A DNA stretch of 64,000 nt from the human T2T-CHM13v2.0 reference genome, Homo sapiens, in NCBI RefSeq assembly GCF_009914755.1, contig NC_060942.1. One strand, written 5' to 3'. A program made the position numbers and the translations under genes. The notes under the pieces were generated by a model. It searched no databases and was not told the DNA's origin. It worked only from the letters and a program-made list of their open reading frames with translations. This document shows, piece after piece, positions 56,990 to 64,000 of this stretch. The first letter of the stretch is position 1, and each line of letters starts with the position of its first letter.

Positions 56990-59900
56990 CAATTTATTTT
57001 ACTTTTAATTTTTTTTAAAAATTTCCACAGGTTATTGGGGAAACAGGTGGTGTTACATGAATTGGTTACATGAATAAGTTCTTTAGTGGTGATTACATGA
57101 GGTTTTGGTGCACCCATCACCCAAGGGGTGTACACTGCACTCAATATGTAGTCTTCTACCACTCACCCCCTTCCCACCCTTGCCCCCTAAGTCCCAAAGT
57201 CCATCGTGTCATTCTTATGCCATTGCATCCTCATAGCTTAGCTCCCACTTATGCATGAGAACATGCAATATTTGGTTTTCCACTCCTGAATTACTTCAGT
57301 TAGAATATTAGTCTCCAGTTTGTATCCAGGTTGCTGTGAATGCCATTAATTCATTCTTTTCATGGCTGAGTAGTATTCCATCATATATATATATATATAT
57401 ATATACCACAGTTTCTTTATCCACTCATTGATCGATGAGCTTTGGGTTGGTTTCACCCTTTTGCAATTGTGAATTGTGGTGCTGTAAACATGCATGTGCA
57501 AGTATCTTTTTTGTATAATGACTTCTATTCCTCTGGGTAGATACCCGGTAGTGGTGTTGCTGGATCAAATGGTAGTTCTACTTTTAGTTCTTTAAGACAT
57601 CTCCACAATGTTTTCCATAATGGTTGCACTAGTTTACATTTCCATCAGCAGTGTAGAAGTGTTCCCTGTTCACTGCATCCACACCAACATCTACTGTTTT
57701 TTGATTTTTTGATTATGGCCATTTTTGCAGGAGTAAGGTGGTATCACATGGTGGTTTTGGTTTGCATTTCCCTAATCATTAGTGATGTTGAGCATTTTTC
57801 CATATATTTGTTGGACATTTGTATATCTTCTTTTGAGAATTGTCTATTCATGTCCTTAGCCCACTTTTTGATGGAATTGTTTGTTTTTTTTTCTTGCTAA
57901 TTCGTTTGAGTTCATTGTAGATTCTGGATATTAGTCTTTTGTCAGATGTATAGATTGTGAAGATTTTGTCCCACTCTGTGGGTTGTCTGATTACTGTGTT
58001 GACTTTTCCTTTTCCTGTGCAGAAACTCTTTAGTGTAATTAAATCCCAGCAATTTAGATTTGTTTGTATTGCATTTGCTTTTGGGTTCTTGGTCATGAAA
58101 TCCTTGCCCAAGCCAATGTCTAGAAGGGTTTTTCCAAAGTTATCTTCTAGAATTTTTATAGTTTCAGATTTAAGTTCTTGATATATCTTGAATTGATTTT
58201 TGTATAAGGTGAGAGATAAGGATCCAGTTTCATTCTCCTACATGTGGCTTGCCAATTATCCCAGCACCATTTGTTGAAAAGGTCCTTCCCCCACTTTATG
58301 TTTTTGTTTGCTTCATCAAAGAGAAGTTGGCTCTACATATCTGGCTTTATTTCTGGGGTTTCTATTCTGTTCCATGGGTCTATATGCCTATTTTTATACC
58401 AGTGCCATGCAGTTTTGGTGACTATGGCCTTATAGTATAGTTTGAAATCAGGTAATGTGATGCCTCCAGATTTCTTCTTTTCGTTTAGTCTTACTTTGGT
58501 TATGTGGGCTGTTTTTGGTTCCATATGAATTTTAGGATTTTTTTTTTCTAGTTCTGTGAAGAATGATGTTGGTATTATGATGGTAATTGCATTGAATTTG
58601 TAGATTGCTTTTGGGAGTATGGTTATTTTCACAATATTGATTCTACCCATCCATGAGCATGGAATGTGTTTCCACTTGTTTGTGTTATCTATGATTTCTT
58701 TCAGCTGTGCTCTGTACTTTTCCTTGTAGAGGTCTTTTGCCTCCTTAGTTATGTATATTTCTAAGTATTTTATTGTTTTTGCAGCTTCTGTAAAAGGGGT
58801 TGAGTTCTTGATTTGATTCTCTGCTTCGTTGCTCTTGGTATATAAGAGAGCTACTGATTTGTATACATTAATTTTGTATCCAGAAACTGCTGAATTCTTT
58901 TATCAGATCTAGGAGCTTTTTGGTGAAATCTTCAGGGTTTTCTAGGTATACAATCATGTCATCAGCAAACAGCAACGGTTTGACTTCCTCTTTAACAATT
59001 TGGATGCCCATTATTTCTTTCTCTTGTCTGATTGCTCTAGCTAGGACTTCCAGTACTAGGTTGACTAAAAGTGGTGAGAGTGGGCATCTTTGTCTTGTTC
59101 CAGTTCTCAGACGGAATGCTTTCAACTTTTCCCCATTCAGTATTATGTTGGCTGTGGGTTTGTCATAGATGGCTTTTATTACATCGAGGTATGTCCCTTG
59201 TGTTCTGATTTTGCTGAGAATTTTAATTGTAAAGCGGTGCTGGATTTTTTCAAATGCTTTTTCTGCATTTATTGAGATAATCATGTGATTTTTGTTTTTA
59301 ATTATGTCTGTGTGGTATATCACATTTATTGACTTACATATGATAAATCATCCCTGCATCCTTGGTATGAAACCCACTTGATTATGGTGCATTATCTTTT
59401 TGATTTGTTGTTGGACACGGTTAGCTAGTATTTTGTTAAGGATTTTTACATCTATTTTCATCAAGGACATTGGTCTGTAGTTTTGTTTTTTGGCTATCCT
59501 TTCCTGGTTTTGGCATTAGGGAGATACTGGCTTCAAAGAATGATTTAGGGAGGAGTCCCTTTCTCTGTCTTTTGGAATAGTGTCAGTAGGATTTGTACCA
59601 ATTCTTCTTTGAATGTCTGGTAGAATTCTGCTCTGAATCCATCTGGTCCTGGACTTTTTTTTTGTTGGTTATTTTTTATTACCATCTCAATCTCACTGCT
59701 TGTTATTGGTCTGTTCAGTGTATCTAATTCTTCCCGATTTAAGCTATGACTGTTGTATCTTTCCAGGAATTTATCCATCTCCTCTAGATTTTCTAGTTTA
59801 TACGTGCAAAGGTGTTCGCAGTAGCCTTGAATGATCTTTTGTATCTCTGTGGTGTCAGTTGTAATATCTCCTGTTTCATTTCGAATTGAGCGTATTTGGA

Positions 59901-62828
59901 TTTTCTGTCTTTTGTTCTTGGTTAATCTTGGCAATGGTCTATCGATTTTATTTATCTTTTCAAAGAACCAGCTTTTTGTTTCATTTTTCTTTTGTATTTT
60001 TTGTTTCAATTTCATTTAGTTGTGCTTTGATCTGGGTTATTTCCTTTCTTCTCCTGGGTTTGGGTTTGGTTTGTCCTTGTTTCTCTACTTCCTTGAGGTG
60101 TGACCTTAGATTGTCTGTTTGTGCTCTTTCAGACTTTTTGATGTAGGTGTTTAGGTTTTGATAGGTTGTGTTACTATTGTCATTCAGTTTAAAACATTTT
60201 TAAAATTTCTGTCTTGATTTTATTGTTGACCCAATGATCATTCAGGAGCAGGTTATTTAGTTTCCATGTATTTGCATGGTTTTGAAGGTTCCTTTTGGAT
60301 TTGATTTCCAGTTTTATTCCACTGTGGGCTGAGAGAGTGCTTGATATAATTTCACTTTTCTTAAATTCTTTGAGGCTTGTTTTGTGGCCTATCATATGGT
60401 CTAACTTAGAGAAAGTTCCATGAGCTGATGAATAGAATGTATATTCTGTGGTTGTTGGGTAGAATGTTCTGTAAATATCTGTTAAGTCCATTTGTTCCAG
60501 GGTATAGTTTAAATCCATTGTTTCTTTGTTGACTTTCTGTTTTGATGACCTGTCTAGTACTGTCAGTGGAGTACTGAAGTCCCCCACTACTATTGTGTTG
60601 CCATCTATCTCATTTCTTAGGTCTATTAGTAATTGTTTTATAAATTTGGGAGCTCCAGTGTTAGGTGCATACATATTTAAGACTGTGATATTTTCCTGTT
60701 GGACAAGGCCTTTTATCATTATGTAATGTCCTTCTTTGTCTTTTTAATGGCTGTTGCTTTAAAGTTTGTTTTGTCTGATATAAAGATAGCTACTCCTGCT
60801 TGCTTTTGGTGTCCATTGCATGGAATGTCTTTTCCACGCCTTTACCTTAAGTTTATGTGAGTCTTTATGGGTTAGTTGAGTCTCTTGAAGGTAGCAAATA
60901 GTTAGTTGGTGAATTCTTACCCATTCTGCAATTCTGTATCTTTTAAGTGGAGCATTAAGGCCATTTACATTCAACGTTAGTATTGAGATGCGAGGTACTG
61001 TTCCATTCATTGTGCTAATTGTTGCCTGTATACCTTGGCTTTTTGTGTGTGTGTGTATTTGTTTTATAGGCCCTGTGAGATTTACGCTTTAAAGGGGTTC
61101 TGTTTTCCTGTGTTTCCAGGATTTGTTTCAAGATTTAGAGTTCCTTTTAGCAGTTCATGTAGTGCTAGCTTGGTAGTGGTGAATTCTCTCAGCGTTTATT
61201 TGTCTGAACAAAGATTTGTCCAAAGGAAGATTGTATCTTTCCTTCATTTATGAAGTTTAGTTTTGCTGGATACAAAATTCTTGGCTGATAATTGTTTTTT
61301 TAAAGGAGGCAAATATAGGGCCCCAATCACTTCTAGCTTGTAGGGTTTCTGTTGAGAAATCTGCTGTGAATCTGATAGGTTTTCCTTTGTAGGTTACCTG
61401 GTGCTTTTGCCTCACATCTCTCAAGATTCTTTTCTTCATCTTAACTTTAGATAACCTGATGACAATGTGCTTAGTCAATGATCTTTTTGTGATGAATTTC
61501 CCAGTGTTCTTTGTGTTTCTTGTATTTGGATGTCTAGGTCTCTAGCAAGGCTGGAGAAGTTTTCCTTGATTATTCCCCCAGATAAGTTTTCCAAACTTTT
61601 AGATTTCTCTTCTTCCTCAGGGAATGCTGATTATTCTTATGCTTGGTCATTTAACATAATCCCAGGCTTCTTGGAGAGTTTGTTCATTTCTTATTCTTTT
61701 TTCTTTGTTTTTGTTGGATTGAGTTAATTATGAAACCTTGTCGTTGAGCGCTGAAGTTCTTTCTTCTGCTTGTTGGATTCTATTGCTGAGATTTTCTGGA
61801 GCATTTTGCATTTCTCTAAGTGCATCCATTGTTTCCCGAAGTTTTGATTGTTTTTTGTTGATGTTATCTGTTTCACTGAAGATTTCTCCCCTCATGTCTT
61901 GTATCATTTTTTAAATTTCCTTACATTGGGCTTTGCCTTTCTCTGGTGCCTCCTTGATTAGCTTAATAACTGACCTTCTGAATTCTTTTTCAGGTAAGCC
62001 AGGGATTTCTTCTTGGTTTTGATCCATTGCTGGTGAGCTGCTGTGATTTTTTTGCGGGTGTTAAAGAACCTCATTTTGTCATATTGCCAGAGTTGATTTT
62101 CTAATTCCTTCTCATTTAGGTAAGCTCTGTCAGAGGGAAGGTCTAGCGCTCAAGACTGTCGTTCAGATTCTTTTGTCTCATGGAGTGTTCCCTTGATGTA
62201 GTACTCTCCCTGCTTTCCTAGGGATGTGGCTTCCTAAGAGCTGAGCTGTAGTGATTGTTATCTGTCTTCCGGATCTAGCCACCCAGCAGATCTACCAGGC
62301 TCCAGGATGGTACTGGGGGTTGTCTGCACAGAGTCCCGTGATGTGAACCATCTGTGGATCTCTCAGCTGTGGATACCAGTACCTGCTACAGTGGAGATTG
62401 CAGGGGGGTAAACTAGACTCTGTTAGGGTCCTTAGTTTTGGTTGTTTAATGCTCTATTTTTATGCTGATTGGTCTCCTTCCAGGAGGTGGCACATTCAAG
62501 ACAGCATCAGCTGTGCTCATATGGGGAGGATCAGGTGATGTGTGGGGCCCTAGAACTCCCGAAAGTGTATGCCCTTTATCTTCAGCTATCAGGGTGGGTA
62601 GGGGTGGACCATCAGGTGGTGGCAGGGCTAGGCCTGTCTGAGCTCAGACTCTTCTTGGGTGGGTCTTGCTGCGGCTGCTGGGGGGGATGGGGTTGTGGTT
62701 CCCAGGTAAATGGAGTTATGTTCTTAGGAGGATTATGACTGCCTCTACTGTGTCATGCAGGTTGTCAGGGAAGTAGGGGAAAGCGGGCAATCTCAGGTTT
62801 CACTCAGCTTCCATGAAACCCAAAAGGC
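56990..62828 (-). mobile_element. Near full-length L1PB (L1PB1-like): partial 5'UTR, ORF1, ORF2, 3'UTR; decayed
   Basis: 3' end 'tttccacaggttattggggaaacaggtggtg...ggttacatgaataagttctttagtggtgat'; EN start ISILTLNVNGLNAPLKR (60759-61010); [15 protein letters not shown] (58868-59323); ORF1 HIVIRLSKV...VTYKGKPIR (61257-61478). Confidence 0.95.
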
Positions 62829-63199
62829 TTCAGAGTCCTTACACAAAAGGGGATTAGGCAGGGGACCAGTCAATAGAGCTCTTGCTCCATTTCCCCCCCT
62901 AGTCCCATGAGGTAGCCAAGAGTTCTATTCATTGTTTAACCCTGTAGCCATGTCTTTGGGAATTGGCAGATAACCTGTAAAGAAAATCTTCTCAAAATCT
63001 AGAGTTACCAGGCTCACATCACCCAATTTCAACCCCATAATTGTTAACTGCCTTACATACTTTAAAGTACGTACATGGAAGACAAGCTTATAGCAATGGT
63101 AGACAGCGTATTTTAGGAAAATCCTCTTTTTGTGAACAACTAGAAAAGCTAGAAAACATATTTTCAAATCTATTTTCTGGTATCTAAGAGCCAATGATG

Positions 63200-63625
63200 T
63201 GCTCCAATCATCACATCTACTAACCTAATTGCATCTTTGCTCATATACTCTGCCTTTCCTCTTGTTACAATGGATGTGCTCTCCTAGCTTCTACAGCAAA
63301 CCCCTTCACTTGGATTACTGAATTTTATTCCATTTCACCTACTCAAGAACCTAGCTCTGGAAATTATTGCTTCTTATAAAAAATATAATCCCATCTTAAA
63401 AATAGACACTTTAAACAAAATGAACAAACATGCCTTCCTCTATCCTATTAACATTTTCTGTCGCCTTTATAGTAAAATGCTTCCAAAGCATTGCCTATTA
63501 TCATTTTCTCTATTTATTTTCATTCCATTCTTTCTTGAATCCACTCTAACCAGCCTGTTTCTCATTATTCCACCGAACTTTTTATAAATAATATGATAAC
63601 CTCTCATTTCCAAATCCCAAAGTCT
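63200..63625 (+). mobile_element. L2 fragment
   Basis: 'ctctgcctttcctcttgttacaatggatg', 'cattctttcttgaatccactctaaccagc...attccaccgaact'. Confidence 0.7.
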
Positions 63626-63644
63626 CCAATTTCAAAATCCTGTG

Positions 63645-64000
63645 ATTTCCTTTCTCATTGCTTAATAGTATTTCCTTGTGTATATGGACCACATTTTCTG
63701 GTCCATTCATCTGTTATTGAACACCTAGGTTGATTCTGTATCTTGGTTATTGTAACTAGTGCTGCAATAAACATGGGGGTGCAGATGTGTCTTTGATATA
63801 CTGATTTTCTTTCCTTTGGATGAATGCCCAGTAGTGGAATTGCTGAATCATATAGGTATTCTGTTTGTAGTTTTTTAAGGTACCTTCATATTATATCCAT
63901 AGTATCCATACTAGTTTACATTCCCACCAAGAGTGTATAAGAGTTTCCTTTTCTCTGCATCCTCATCAGCATCTGTTATTTATCCTGACTGGGGTGATAT
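63645..64000 (-). mobile_element. L1MA-type 3' ORF2 fragment, runs off the window
   Basis: 'gtgctgcaataaacatgggggtgcagatgtgtctttgatatactgatttt...cccagtagtggaattgctg...tttacattcccaccaagagtgtataagag'. Confidence 0.88.

Noticed and set aside
57560-62030. Potentially active L1 (EN and FADD-type RT motifs)
   Set aside because: ORF1 and ORF2 are broken into many short frames and the 5' UTR is truncated.

Overview
Primate (catarrhine, probably human/great-ape) genomic DNA: AT-rich, repeat-dense, intergenic or deep-intronic. AluJ/S/Y, L1PA/PB/MA, THE1/MST/MLT, ERV1 LTRs, MER1/MER2/MER6, L2 and MIR make up most of the window. No host protein-coding gene is supported, and nearly all listed ORFs are decayed L1/Alu/LTR frames. 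The one gene-derived feature is an intronless COX6C retrocopy (- strand, ~28925-29345). Its 75-codon ORF is still open, looks more like ancestral mammalian COX6C than human COX6C, and has an in-frame upstream ATG supplied by an Alu arm. I found no evidence of a new biological system. The most interesting signals are fossil DNA-repair events: two locally templated insertions (one a patchwork of two donors plus a tandem duplication) with donors 1.37-1.53 kb away, a 57-bp microinversion bounded by 6-bp inverted repeats, a THE1 element fused by microhomology to an opposite-strand LTR, and several deletion junctions. Subfamily names are from memory of consensus sequences and need RepeatMasker/Dfam confirmation. 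Boundaries of old repeats are approximate.
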